In this document: one piece after another, positions 39,431 to 52,409 of the stretch
Numbering within the stretch: the stretch's first letter is position 1
How the letters are laid out: every line of letters begins with the position of its first letter
Assembly: GCF_048593235.1 (NCBI RefSeq)
Contig: NC_133617.1
Coordinates: forward strand, 705,168,958-705,232,957
Length of the DNA stretch: 64,000 nt
Reading direction: 5' to 3'
Origin: Sminthopsis crassicaudata
Taxonomy: Eukaryota
Notes under the pieces: model-generated
The model's database searches: none
Told to the model about the DNA's origin: nothing
Seen by the model: only the letters and a program-made list of their open reading frames with translations
Program-made: the position numbers and the translations under genes

Positions 39431-39735
39431 TATTTAGCCTCAACAAGTTTCTAACAGAGGAGATTTACTCTCAACAAACCAACAGACTAAAGGGGGAGAT
39501 TTGCCTTCAATGAGCTTACAGCCTAATAAGGAAAATTTACCCTTAAACTTGAAGTCTAATAGGGGAGATTTACCCTCAATAAGCTCACAGTCTAATAGGG
39601 GAGATTTACCCAATGAGCTTACAATCTAATGAGAAATTTACCCTCGATGAGCTTATAACCTTAGAGGGAAGATTTACTCGATAAGTTTACAATCTAAGTG
39701 AAGAGATTTACCCTCAACAATTTACCCTCCCCAAA
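39431..39735. repeat. Degenerate minisatellite of 8-9 units of 32-36 bp derived from an L2 segment
   Basis: Consensus approximately ATTTACCCTCAATGAGCTTACAGTCTAATAGGGGAG; units start near 39431, 39463, 39499, 39535, 39568, 39604, 39636, 39672 and 39706. Confidence 0.9.
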
Positions 39736-40519
39736 TGGGAAGATCAAACATGAACAATAAATATAACAAAAATGAAAATGCGAGCTATACAAAGGAGAAG
39801 TCCAGAGAAAGTACTTGAGAAATTTCAGGTCTTGGAATAAAACTAAGAATGGCTTCATACAAGATGTGGCAGCTCACCTGAGCCATGAAGAAAGGGAATT
39901 ATTTCAGGAGAAGGAATCGAAGTAGGGTTATGTAGCAGAGGCCTTTCTGGGCACAGAGGGACAAAGCAAGCCTGGACTAGGAGTTGGGATGAGGATAGGG
40001 GAGAATGAATAGTCTTGTTTGGCTAGAATGAAGAGAAGAGGAAGAGTGAGGGAAATAAGACACATGTACCTCCCTTATTTACACCACTCCACTTAAAACA
40101 GCAGTCCTAGCACCCTCATACATGCCTACCAACCTAATCTCTTTGGATATTATTAAGTGCCTGCTAGAGGTACCTAAGAAGGCTTACTGAGCCGTGGATT
40201 TGGAGACAGGAAGACCTAAATTCAAATCCCACCTCAGATACTCACCAAAAAGTCCTGGAAAAGTCACTTAGCCTATCTTAGCCTCAGCTTCAAGGTTTCC
40301 TTTGAGTTCTAAGACTATGAACCTAGGATTCATAAGCTTTACGGTGGAGTTAAGGCATTACCAAACATCTAGCCATAAATAATACAAAATCCCTGCCCTC
40401 AAAGAGCTGATAATTTATGCTCAAAGCACCATTCATGACGCTGAAGAAGAAAAGGATAAATAAAACAAGTTCCTTTCCTTCAAGGTGTCAATCATCTCAA
40501 AGAAGGAATAACATACAAG

Positions 40520-41000
40520 GAAAAAATGTCACAATATATCATTGGAAAAGAGTAAGGCACAAGGCTATGAGATCCAATAAGGGATCCCATTTGTACTCAC
40601 CCAGCAAGATGAAAAGCATCAGGGAAGACTTCCTAGAGGAGGTGACAGCTGAACAGTAGAGATGACATCAGCAGGCAGGAATGGGAAGGAGGGCATTCCA
40701 GGAATAAGGAACAATATGAGCAAAGACAGGGAGGCAGGAAAGAGTGGGATGTGTGCAGGGGACAGCAAGGAGCCCAGTTTAGCTAGAACATGGCGCATTT
40801 GAGGCGGAGGCGTGTGAGCTAAGGCTGCAAAGGTGGGTGGGAACCAGATTGCAGAGAGCTTCAAATGTCTCGCTGAGATATGTGGTCTTGATTCCTTAGA
40901 TAGTTAGTGGGAGCCAAAGAGGGTTTTAAAGCATGGAAGTGATGTGATAAGAGCTGGAACTAGAGGTAAGCAAGACAGGCAGTATCCTGGGGTATGGCAC
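40520..41000 (-). mobile_element. L2 remnant (purine-rich strand)
   Basis: atcagggaagacttcctagaggaggtgaca...ggagcccagtttagctagaacatgg...gggagccaaagagggttttaaagcatggaagtgatgtgat. Confidence 0.6.
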
Positions 41001-41819
41001 GCAAAAAGATAGAAGGGACATATGTTAATTATTATTTTAAGATTACAGATTTTCCTATCAGAAAACTTGAATCTCAAGGTAGGTAGATATTTATTTTGGG
41101 CTCTCAAGTCACTCAAGGCCTCTAAAGAGAAGCCATGTTGGGCTGAAAGAGTGCTTAGACTTGAAACCATTAGGACTCAAATTTAAATCCCACTTCTCCT
41201 ACTTACTACTTGTGTGATTTGTGAGGAAATCACTTAAGTTCTCTGGGTTTCAGTTTGCTCATCTGTAAAATGGCGATAATAACCATAGTACCTCCTTAAA
41301 AGGAATATTGTAAAACTTAAATGAGATTGTATATAAAAAGTACTTTGTAATGTTTAAAGTACTTTATAAATAATACCAGCTATTATTATCAGCAAGTAGA
41401 CATCAATACATAACAGTCCCAATTTCCAAACACTTCCCAAGATACACAAATGTTTCTTCCTTTTACCAGCTGGAACAAAGTCAGATCTTGGGCACACCAT
41501 TTTTCAAAGTTGTCATTCTGTGATTTAAACCCTTTTTAAAGAATAAATTTCATTTGTATTTGACACCAATGACACGGGATCCCATGGTGAAACCCAATGT
41601 GCATACTACAGAAATAGGAGGAGTGACATTCATGTAGATGTATTAATATTAATAATTCATAATATTAGTATAATGTCTTAACATTACCCTGGATCTGTCA
41701 GCAGGCTTGGGTTCAATTCCTGGATCTCCTACTTGCCACCTGTGTGATTTTGGCCAAATTATTTCTCTCTTTCTGAATTTTGATTCCCCTTTCTCTAAAA
41801 GGAGAGGATTATATTAGAT

Positions 41820-42012
41820 CAGGGGTTTAACCTTTCACTGGGCCTTGGATCCGTCTATGACAATGTGATAAAGCCTATGACTCTTCATCAAAAATTAATT
41901 GAATAAATTATAATATATGAGTAAAACAAAATCAACTGCATTGAACTACAGCTTTCAAAATATTTTTTAAAATATAAGGACCTTAGATTAAAATTAGATT
42001 AAGAACTCCTGC
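41820..42012. mobile_element. MER5-like hAT-Charlie MITE remnant
   Basis: Ends aggggtttaacc... and ...attaagaactcctg form degenerate TIRs; related to 50290-50497 and 58790-58972. Confidence 0.55.
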
Positions 42013-43131
42013 ATAAGATGATCTCTGAAGCCTCTTGTATTTCTAAATCCAATGCCTTTCAAAACATGTTAAAGTAATCCATTGGAGGCAAGAGGAGTCA
42101 ACAACTGGAGTCATTAAAATATGGACACAAATCAACGATCATACAAGCTAGACAAGCTGTGTGACCTGAACCTCTATTTCTCCATCTGTGAAATGAGGGT
42201 AATAATCATCCTTGCCTCACAAGACTGTGCCCTGAGGAACGAATGAGATGATTGCCGTGAAGTACTATTTTCATTATTGTTATTATTAGAACTTCCGATT
42301 TCTCCCTCCCCATCCAATCCAATCCAACTAGAATGCATTAAGTGCCTTTTTTTTTCTTTTTTTTTTTTTTTTTGCCAGTTAATATGTTAAGTGCTAGGAT
42401 GGAGCCCAAAAAACAATAATAAAAAAACAAATAAAACAAACCCCAAAGTGCCTGCCCTCAGAATTGTAACCTGTAAATAGGCAGATATGGGATCACTGGT
42501 GGAAAAGGAAGGGAATACTAGGAATGTGTCCGGTGTTATATAGCTGGGAGTCCTACCGAGGATCCAAGTTCCTCTTCAACTCTGGGATTCAGTGAACCAA
42601 GGCAGACATATCAAACTGTGGGAGTCTGAGAACAAAAAGTCCTTGGAAAACATTTAACAAAATAAACACAGATAACATTAATTTCTTGTTTTCCATTTCT
42701 TTGACTTAGACACCACTAAACTCAGGGGATCGAGAAAGGCTTCCTCCAGGAGATGGCACGTGGGATGAGACTTAGAAGCTTGGGATTCTCTGAGGCACTG
42801 AAGAAGAGATGTCACTAGACATCATGAAGAGGTTGTACAAAGATATTAAAGATCGGGTATGGAACACCCTGAGTGCAGTGAACAAGCAAGTAGATCTAGT
42901 TAGCTGGCTTTAGAAATGCTTTTACTTTAACCCAATTTCCAGCCCACTCCAAGCCCAACAACCATGTTTATGTTCTCCATTTCGGTATTTGGCAAAAGAA
43001 CAAGAAGGAAATTGAGGCAATTATGTAAAAGCTTTGAAAACACCCTGGTTAAGTCCTATCATAGGGTAACAACCGAAAGGGCAGCAAAATGAGAGATGCC
43101 CAAGTGCAAGACTATAGGTCTGACTGTCTGC

Positions 43132-43133
<2 letters not shown>

Positions 43134-43197
<64 letters not shown>

Positions 43198-43790
43198 TTC
43201 TCTCTCTCTGTCTTCCCCTGTCTCTCTGTGTCCATCTGCTTCTCTCTTTCTGTCCGTCTCTTGTCTGTCTGTCTCTCCCCCATCTCTGTCTCTCTGTCTC
43301 TCTCTCTCTCTCTGTCTGCCTCTCTCTGTCCATCTGCCTCTCTGTCTGTCTGTCTGTCTCTCTGCCTCTGTTTCTCTCTGTCCATCTCTCTGTGTGTCCA
43401 TCTGTCTATCTTTCTGTCTGTTTGTCTCTCTCTATCTCTCTGTCTGTATGCCTCTCTCTCTCTCTTCATCTATCTCTCTCTCTGTCTGCTTCTNNNNNNN
43501 NNNNNNNNNNNNNNNNNNNNNNNNNNNNNNNNNNNNNNNNNNNNNNNNNNNNNNNNNNNNNNNNNNNNNNNNNNNNNNNNNNNNNNNNNNNNNNNNNNNN
43601 NNNNNNNNNNNNNNNNNNNNNNNNNNNNNNNNNNNNNNNNNNNNNNNNNNNNNNNNNNNNNNNNNNNNNNNNNNNNNNNNNNNNNNNNNNNNNNNNTCTC
43701 TATGTCCATCTGTCTCTGTCTCTGTCTGTCCCTGTCTCTCTTTGTCTCTCTGTCTGTCTCTGTCTCTTTCTCTCTCTCTGTATGTATCTC
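43134..43790. repeat. (CT)n of about 31 units plus a compound CT/CTGT low-complexity tract containing a 203-N gap (43494-43696)
   Basis: Read directly; it accounts for all long ORFs between 43021 and 43887. Confidence 0.97.
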
Positions 43791-45729
43791 CTTCATAGAG
43801 TACAGAGGAAATTGAGCTCATCATGATTTTTCTTACTGATTTCTGCCCTATATTCTTAAGCACCCAACTGTCCTTTGTATGATTCATGGCAGGCTGACCC
43901 GTAGCCTAGCACATCTCCTTCCTCCCAATCACACTCATGCTGCACCTTCTCCACTACTGGAGAATGAGCCTATTTTGCCCTTTTCTCATGCCCACCATTT
44001 ACATGGTGTTATTTACAATGCTGATAAGTCTTAAAAAAATCAGCAATCTGGCCATTCCCTGATGCATGTGGCCCTGCAGCAGCTCTGTTAGATGATATCA
44101 AATTAAGCCTTTCCATTGAGCTAGCAAGCTTCATTCAATTGTGGATCCAGACTTGATTCAAACCCAATAAATTGATACCCATGGGTTCCTTTGGCCCACT
44201 CACAGACTCACCCTTCAATGTTTCCAGGTTAGAAGGAGGGCTTCAGGAACAGGAAGACAAGATTCATAGCCAGGTCCTTCTCAGGGGATTGGAGTCTCTT
44301 GGCTTCAGATCTAAAAGAACATCAGAACAGAGGTTAATCATATTTCCAGAAAAAGTCCCAAGGGGGCAAACATTCATTAAGTCAACAAAGCTCCCAGTAC
44401 ATGTCAGATATGATGCTGCGAGCTCTGAAGAACACAGTGATGAATGAGAAACTGTTTTCTGTTTTAAATCAACTTTTAATAAAGAAAGGGAAGTGATACC
44501 ATCATCATAACTAGCATTTATCTAGCACCTTGAGGTTTGTAAAACACTTTACCAATCTTATCTCATTTGATCTTTACAACAATGCCAGAAGGTAGGTATT
44601 GTTGTTGTTTATTTTATAAAATAGTCATTTTACAAATGAACGAACTGAAGCACCGAGAAATGAAATGATTTGCCAAGGGGCACATAATTAATAAGTGTCT
44701 AAAGCAAGATTCAAACTCAAGTTTTCCTGACTCCAATGCCAGCACTCTATGCACTATGACATCACCTAGATGCCTTAAAGTGTCCTGTGCATTTATGTCA
44801 TTCATCCAAATAACTGTAATATGTCAACGGCTATACTGGAGATACAAGTATAATGCTGAAGGAGCAGGGCAGAGAAAGAGCACATTTAGCAGAGTATTCA
44901 ATGAGAAGGGGTCATTGGAGAGTGTCAGATGGTAGCACTTAAGTCCGGCATTCAATGAGTCACCTGAGTCGGCTTAAATAACAAATATAAATGGTTTGGA
45001 TATGTAACATATTGTGCAAATAACTATGGGTGATGCAAAATATGCAACTGTACAAGTCTTGTTTCTTTTTTTCCCCTCAAGGTATTTGCAATTTGCCTGG
45101 AAAGACAACAAATCTATGTATAGTAAATGACTGGTTACAAAATAAGTGGAACACATATACAAAAGTGTTATGGAAAACTATTAAAATCTACTTACCACTT
45201 TGTGACCTTGGTCACATCCCTTAGCCTCTTCAGGCCTCAGTTTCCCCATTTACCAAATGAGAGGGTGAGTCTAGATAACTTTGGAGGTATCTTTCAGCTC
45301 TGGAGCCTACATATCCTGTTAGAACATAGCTATTTGCATTTTGTTTCCTCCATCCTCATTAGACTGTGAGCTCCTTTTCTTTGTCTGCCTATGACTGACA
45401 CAGTACCAAGTACATAGTACATGATTAATAAATACTCAGTGACTAACTGGATCAATGATCCTCTGAACTTTAAGCTCAAAAGTTATGATCTATGTGGTAC
45501 AATGAAATATATCAGTTCATATAGCTGAAAAAATTAAGCTCAATCAAATATCTCAATCAAAAAAATAGCCATTCCATGAAATAGAAGGATTTCAAGCTAG
45601 ATTTGAGTTTGGAGTCTGCTTTAGACACATATTTGTGTGACCCTGAGTCAAAGAGGGAAAGAAAACATAAAGAGTTCAATGGAGCTGAACTGTTTACGTC
45701 TCTAAAAAGATAGGATACTTGTAATTCTT

Positions 45730-47860
45730 TTTTTTTAATTGCACTAAGAATATTACAGCTAGAGAGAATATAAATAGACAGAGGATATTGATATAAGGTG
45801 AATTTAAGGGAATGACATAAAAATAATTAAGGGATAAGAAAGAAGGGTCCATTAGGTACAGAAAGAAGGGAGAGATAGAATGGAGTAAATTATTTCACAT
45901 GAAGAGGTGCAACAGACCTATTACGTAAAGGGGAAGATGTAAGAGTGGTGATGGCCATTGCTTGAACCTTACTTTCATCATTATTCCTCAAAGAGGGAAT
46001 AATATACACAATGAGTTGAATATGGAAATTTATCCTTCGAGATAGGAAAGTAAGAGGAAAGGATATTAAGTAAAGGGAGGAGGGGAGAAGAACTAACAGA
46101 AGGGAGGGAAATTCAGGGAACAGAAACAAAACACTGTGAGGAGGAAAAGGGTGAAAGGAGAGAGGACAAACAGGAGTGAAAAAAGGCTGGAGGGAAATAG
46201 TAATCATAACTGTGAATATGAGTAGGATGAACTCTCCCATAGAACAGAAATGGATACCAGAGTGGATCAAAAGCCAGAATCCTACAATATGCTTTTTACT
46301 AGGTAAGGAACTGAAGTTGAATCTATTATGTTTCAGCTGAAATAAAAAATTAAAAATAAAAAAGTAAGGGTAGCCATCCTGATCTCAGATGAATCAAAAG
46401 CAAAAACAGACCTAATTAAAAGAGATAAGGAAGGAAACTATGCTTGCTCAAAAGGACCGGTAGACAATGAAGTAATAGCAATACTAACTATATATGTCCT
46501 GAGTGGTATAGCATCCAAATTTTTAAAAGAGAAGTTAAGTGAATTACAGCTTCGTGACCAAACATGAGCTAGAGAGCATCATTGTATTAAATTTAAAAAC
46601 TTTTGCACAAACAAAACCAGTTCAATCAAAATCAGAAAGAAAGCAGAAAACTGGGGAGCAATCTTTATAGCAAGTCTCTCTGATGAAAGCCTCATTTTTC
46701 AAATATATAAAGAACAGAGTGAAAATTTTAAGAATTTAACCCATTCCCCAATTAATAAATGGTCAAAGGATGTGAACTGGTAGTTTTCAGATCAACAAAT
46801 CAAAGCTATCCACAGGCATATGAAGAAATGCTCTAAATCACTTGTGATTAGAGAAATGCAAATAAAGAAACTCTGGAATACCACCTCATACCTATCAGAT
46901 TGGCTGATAAGTAAAATGATAAATGCTGGAAAGAAAGTGGGAAAATTGGAACACATGAATTGTTGGTGGTGGTGTGAATTGATCCAACATTCTGGAGCTC
47001 AATGTGGAATTATGTCCAAAGGACAACAAAACTATGCATACCCTCTGATCTAGCAAAGCTACTACTAAGGTCTATATCCCAAGGAAATCATAAAAAGAGA
47101 AAAGGTCCTATATGTGCATATATATTAATAGCAGCACTTTTCATATTTTCAAAATAGTGGTAATTGAGGGGATGCCCATCACTGGGGAATTGCTGAACAA
47201 GCTATGGTAAATTAAGTGATGGAATAATATTGTGCAATAAGAAATGATAAAAATGCAAATTTGAGAAAAGCTTGGAAAGACTTCTCTAAACTGATATAAA
47301 GTGAAATGAGCAGAAGCAGAAAGCCATTATACACAATATCAGCAATATTGTGCAATGATCAACTATGACCATCTCAGCACCCAAATGATCCAAGACAAAT
47401 ATAAAGGACTAATGAAGAAAAATGCTATCCATAACCAGATAAAGAACTCATGAGCTCTCAATGCAGGTGAAGCATACTTTTTTCACTTACTTTATTCTTT
47501 TTCATGCTTTTCCCCCTTTTTGATCTGTTTCACAACTGTGACTAATATGGAAATATTTTACATGATAGCTAAATAATAAATTTCCTACCAGTTTATTTAA
47601 GAAGAGAGGAGGGGAAGGAAGAAGGGAGAAAATTTTGGAATTTGCAAAAGACTGTAAAAATGAAGGTTAAACACATGTAAAATGTATGAGATTGCCTGTC
47701 ATCGGGGGGAGGGAGTAGAGGGAGAGGGGGATAATTTGGAAAAATGAATACAAGGGATAATATTATAAAAAATATATAATAAATAAAAAAATAATAATAA
47801 AAAAATGAAGGTTAAAAATTGTCCTGACATGCAAGTTGGAGGAGGAGTGGAATACTATCA
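45730..47860 (+). mobile_element. Old marsupial L1: inter-ORF spacer, ORF2 endonuclease start, large internal deletion, ORF2 C-terminus and 3' UTR
   Basis: Endonuclease-like sequence at 46200-46549 (cagaatcctacaatatg, gtagccatcctgatctcagat, agagataaggaaggaaactat) joins directly to sequence homologous to 53228 onward; many stops and frameshifts. Confidence 0.85.
47671..47800 (+). mobile_element. Young, ~130-bp 5'-truncated L1 nested in the older L1 3' UTR
   Basis: Perfect 15-16-bp TSD aaaaatgaaggttaa(a) at 47656-47671 and 47801-47816; G-rich tract and A-rich tail. Confidence 0.9.
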
Positions 47861-48599
47861 AAAAATGAACTACAAAAAAAAAAGAAAGAGTATAACCATG
47901 TAATAATATAACCCCATATAATATAACCTGAAATATAAGTGCTTTAACAGCAGAAACTGTTTTTCTTTGGTCTTTAGACTCCTCACACATAGCACCTTGC
48001 ACATACTAAGCATTTTTAAAATGCCTGTTGACTCATCTCAAGAGAGCAGAGCTAGATACAGTGATTGTATGGAAGATTTCTGATCTACATAAAGAAATAT
48101 AGCGAAGACATTCTGCAGTAGACCAAGTACCAGATGGGGGGGAGGGAGTTACTGTATAACTGAAAAAAGGGGGGAGGAAATAGAGAGATAATAATACTTA
48201 TGTTACCTTTCATTCACTTCAATAAATATTCATTATACACCTACTATGAGCTGTTCCATTTATTATTATAATATTTCCATTATAAACAACAATCAAGTGT
48301 CCCTGCTTTTAGGGAGCTTACCTTGGAGAATACAGTGTATATATAAGAGAGCAAATTTAAAGTAAATACAAAGTTATTATAAAGGGAGAATGAATGGGAG
48401 ATGGGGGGAATCAAGAAGAAGGAAATAGGAATGACCTAATGAAAGAGATGGGACCATTTTTATCAAATCCAATCAAGCTTTTTTTAAATCTTGCAACTTT
48501 AAGGAGACTCCCAATGGAACTCTGTCTATTTGAACTAGCTCAAATATCTTCCTAATCAAGTTTTCTTTTTTTTTTTTTTTAAATGAAGCATTCTTCATG

Positions 48600-50185
48600 G
48601 ACTTCAAAAGCTTTCAGCTTTCAATCAGTTCCTTAATGGGGAGAAAGAGGGAAGAAGGGATTGTCTAAAGTGATCTATGTGAATGTACAACTCATTCTTC
48701 AACTTGGATGTTGGAATGACAGGTACAAAGATAAATCAGATATTGGAAGGTGAATACAAAAGTGTGGTTTGGTCCTATTGGAATAGATTGAAGGAGCGCT
48801 AAAGCCCAAAATGAGCTAAGGTTAATAAAGAATGGGAAGAACAAAGAAAGATTTTTTTCAAATTCTCCTGGGGGAAAGTTGAGTCAAAGAAGGGATAAGA
48901 TCTTTGCTCAAAATCGATGGAACATTGATAATGGGTCATAGTGATAAGAAAGAACTACTTAATTCTAAATTTGCTTGTTTCCTGTGTCAAGCAGAAAGAT
49001 TCTTGGATTGGAAAACACTGAACAAAATGGGTAATAAGGAGCTGAAACCTATGATAAAAAAGGAGAAAATGATAGATCATAACATGGTTTTAATGAGAAG
49101 ATCATGTCTGGCTTACCTTCATTTCCTTTTGTGACAGGGTTACTGAATTGGAAGATCTGGAAACTGTAGCCATAATTTGTCTAGATTTCAGCAAGCATTT
49201 GACAAAATGCTAATCTTATAAATAAGATGGAGAGATATGGACTAAACAATAGCACATCTAAGTGTTTAGAGATCAAGGGTAGTTATAGATAGTCCATTCT
49301 CAGTTTGGAAGAAGGTTTCTAATGAAGTGCTCCAAGGCTTTTTCCATTTTCTTAAGACATCTAATATTTTTATCAATGATCTATGCAAAGATAAAGATAA
49401 GAAGGTTTATCCAATTTAAAAAAAAAGAAATCTGGGGTGAATGACTAATATGTAGTACAATTTCAATAGGATAGAATAACAGGATAACTCTAAAATTTAA
49501 TTGAAATAAGTATGTCATCCCACACTAGAATTTAAAAAATCAATTTCACTTGCATAGATAGGATGGGGGAACATTTTGACAACAATTTGTCTGAATAAGA
49601 TCTAAAGGTTTGAGAGATTGCAGGCTCAATGAGTCAAGAGTGAGATAAGGCAGCCCAACAAGCTGTCTCAGTTTTCATTACAGTATCCAGAACAAGGATG
49701 CCAAAACTTTGCATGTATTTACTCCTGGTCAGAACCCGGTAGAGAGTACCGTATTCATTTCTGGAAGCCTTATTTGACAAAGGGCTTTGCCAATCTGAAG
49801 AATAAGCAAAGGAGCAATCGGGAGAGTGGGAGAACAAACAGCCTTGGTATCTTGCCATTAGACAAATCAGTTAAATAAACTGGCAATATTTAATCTGGGT
49901 AAGAGAATAATGTGGTGGGGAGGGAAAGAGGGAAAGGATATATCTCCCATTAATTAAAAGACTGTCACGTGGAAGAGGAATTAGCCAAGTTGTGCTTGGC
50001 CCTAGAAGGCAGAATTAGAAGTGATGGGTGCAAGTTATAACAAGGCAGATTTAGGACAAATGAAAGTAAAATTTTCCTGATGGCAAAATCCTCCAAAAGT
50101 GTCATAAGTTGCTTCAAAAGGCAGTAGGGTCCTTCTCACTAGTGATTTGCAAGGAAAGGTTATCTGACCATTTTGAGGAGATGAG
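48600..50185 (+). mobile_element. CR1/L3 LINE remnant (RT domain to 3' end)
   Basis: Degenerate CR1 RT motifs: aacatggtttt (QHGF-like), ctagatttcagcaagcatttgac (LDFSKAFD), atatttttatcaatgatcta (IFINDL), ctcctggtcaga; typical L3 3' UTR (gaaggcagaattagaagtgatggg). Confidence 0.85.
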
Positions 50186-50289
50186 GCATATGTATTTTAA
50201 TACCATGCTTCAAGAATTATAAAATGCTAGTTATTATAACTATTATGTTATAAAAGGGATTCTTCTGTAGGTAGAGGTCAAATTAGATC

Positions 50290-50497
50290 AGGAGTTCAAG
50301 TCTTCTTTGTACAATGGAGTTTTCTGTTCATCTAGAGAAGCCTATAGAACCTTTTCAGAACATTTTAAAATTATTGAAGAAAATGTTCAATTTCAATTAA
50401 AGGTTAGTAAAAATTAAAAAATCATTTTTATCCAAATTGATGGAGCCCCCTTGAAATATATCCACAGATCTACAGAACAGATAAAGAAGCCCTGGTC
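50290..50497. mobile_element. MER5-like hAT MITE remnant
   Basis: gaagcctatagaaccttttcagaa interior shared with 58790-58972; ends ...aaagaagccctggtcta. Confidence 0.5.
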
Positions 50498-52273
50498 TAA
50501 AGGGCTTTTGAGGTGCCTGTGACTGTGCTATTCAGTGTGTGATGAGAAAAATGAGGAAAAGCAAGAAGGTCTATCAAGAAGCTATTGCAATCATGCAGCC
50601 AGGTGGTAATGAGCGCCAAGGCTAGGCTGGCTGCAGTGGAAATAAAGAGAGAATGAATTTGAGAGATGTCACAGAGATAAAATCAACAGAACTGATTAGC
50701 TGATTGGATGGGAGATGTGGGAGGGAGAGAAGAAGGGAAGAATCAAATCTAACACTAAGGCTTCGAACATCAGAGTCACTGACAGGAACGGCAAAGTCAA
50801 AGAGAAGGAGCTGGTTTGAGAGGAAAGATAATAATGATAGCTAATGCATCAGTTATTATTAAAATGACAGGAAGGGAGAGGCAGAGGAAGTCAGAAAGAT
50901 AGAGAGACAGAAACATACAGTATCTACATAGTCAGAGTTGAGTCAAGTCTTACCCATGAAGTAAAACTTAATAAGGCCTGAACTCAGAAGCTAAATTGCA
51001 GCCTTCACCTAGGCCCAGTCTTAGGGAAATTGCGGGGAGAGAAAGGGAAAGGGCAGAAAGAGGAAGCAAAGGAAATTCAGACACTTTTTCAGGCAAACAA
51101 AATGTCACTCATATATCCAAGATAATTAAGTGACGCATACCCTACAGTTCAGACATAGTGGCCAATTTGTTGTTCCTCTTGCACAGCCTAACCCATCTCC
51201 ATCTCCCATCTCCATGCCTTTGCAATGCCCAGAACTCTCTCTCCTTTTCACCTACAGTCTCAGAATTCTTGGCTTTCTTCAAGACTGAAATCAACCATCA
51301 CCTTCAAATCTGAGGATAATAAAAATTTAGGGGAGATAGCCAACATGCAGGATGAAAGCCCAATAGATTAGAAAGATGAGCTGCATTTCATTTGGGAAAC
51401 CTCTCCCTATCCCTTCCAACTACTAATGCTTTTCCTTGTAAGGTTATGTTATATCTCCTCTGTATATATCATGTACGTACCTATTTTTGTACATATTATC
51501 TCCCCCATTAGGATATAAGATCATGGAGGTAGAGGACAGTTTTCTATTTTTCTTCACATCCCTAGGGCTAAGCATAGTTAAGCACTTAATAAGTGTTTGT
51601 TGATTGACTGACAGATTGCTGAAGGAAACTTGGCTGTAAGTAGTCAGACAGGGATTAAGAACCAAGCCTCCTGACTCCAGATCCAGCAATCTTTCCACTA
51701 CACCTCTGTCAAAGGATCTTCTTCAGGGCTGGAGTGCCCCGAGATTTCCATTTACTTTTCTCCAGGGAGAGAAATACACAGAATAAATCAGACTTCACTG
51801 TAGTGAGATAGGGGTTGAAGCTCTTTGAGGAGGAAGTTGGAGATTTAGGAAGAATAAGAGGAGGGGATACTGTCAGGATCCCATATATACTATAAAATTT
51901 GAACCCAAACCAATCATTCATTCATGTATGCAGTAAACATTTATTCCTGAAATACAAGATGTAGAGAAGCTAGGAGCTTTGTTCTGATGGAAATTCCAAA
52001 TAAGAATGACTCTGGAAAGCGAATTAGTGAGAAAAGACTTCTGAGAACTAAGGATAAATGCATGTCATTTTTTTTTCTTTTTTCTTTCTCCTCCTCTTCC
52101 TCCTCTTTTTTGCTGCTTGAATTTTTTGACTTTTTTATTTGGTCATTGTAATGATTCCCCTATCTCAATGTGGTAGCTAGGATAGAGAGCCATTGTAGCG
52201 TTATTTATACTTGAATACAGAACACAGAAAAACAAACAGACCATCGCCTGGTTCTGCTCTCCATTTCTCTTAC

Positions 52274-52409
52274 CTCCTGTGATGAGCACTTCATCTGGGG
52301 ATTTCCTTATTAACTGTTAACCTGGACAAGGGCCAGAAAAACCATCTTTTAATGGAAATTACAGTAATCAGAAGAATAGAGCACTCCTATTCTGGGCCAT
52401 TTCTTGATT
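52274..52409 (-). other. Candidate non-coding exon (136 nt)
   Basis: On the minus strand, acceptor ttattttccag| and donor GAG|gtaaga; stops in all frames. Confidence 0.22.

Noticed and set aside
39431-39735. CRISPR-like appearance (conserved core with variable intervals, about 35-bp period)
   Set aside because: The variable parts are homologous to each other rather than unique spacers, there are no cas genes, and the genome is mammalian. It is a minisatellite.
43021-43887. Long ORFs up to 245 aa (SL- and ER-rich)
   Set aside because: Translations of CT microsatellite and low-complexity sequence, several spanning an N gap.
46820-47053. 77-aa ORF (MKKCSKSLVIREMQIK...)
   Set aside because: Frameshifted remnant of L1 ORF2, not a host gene.
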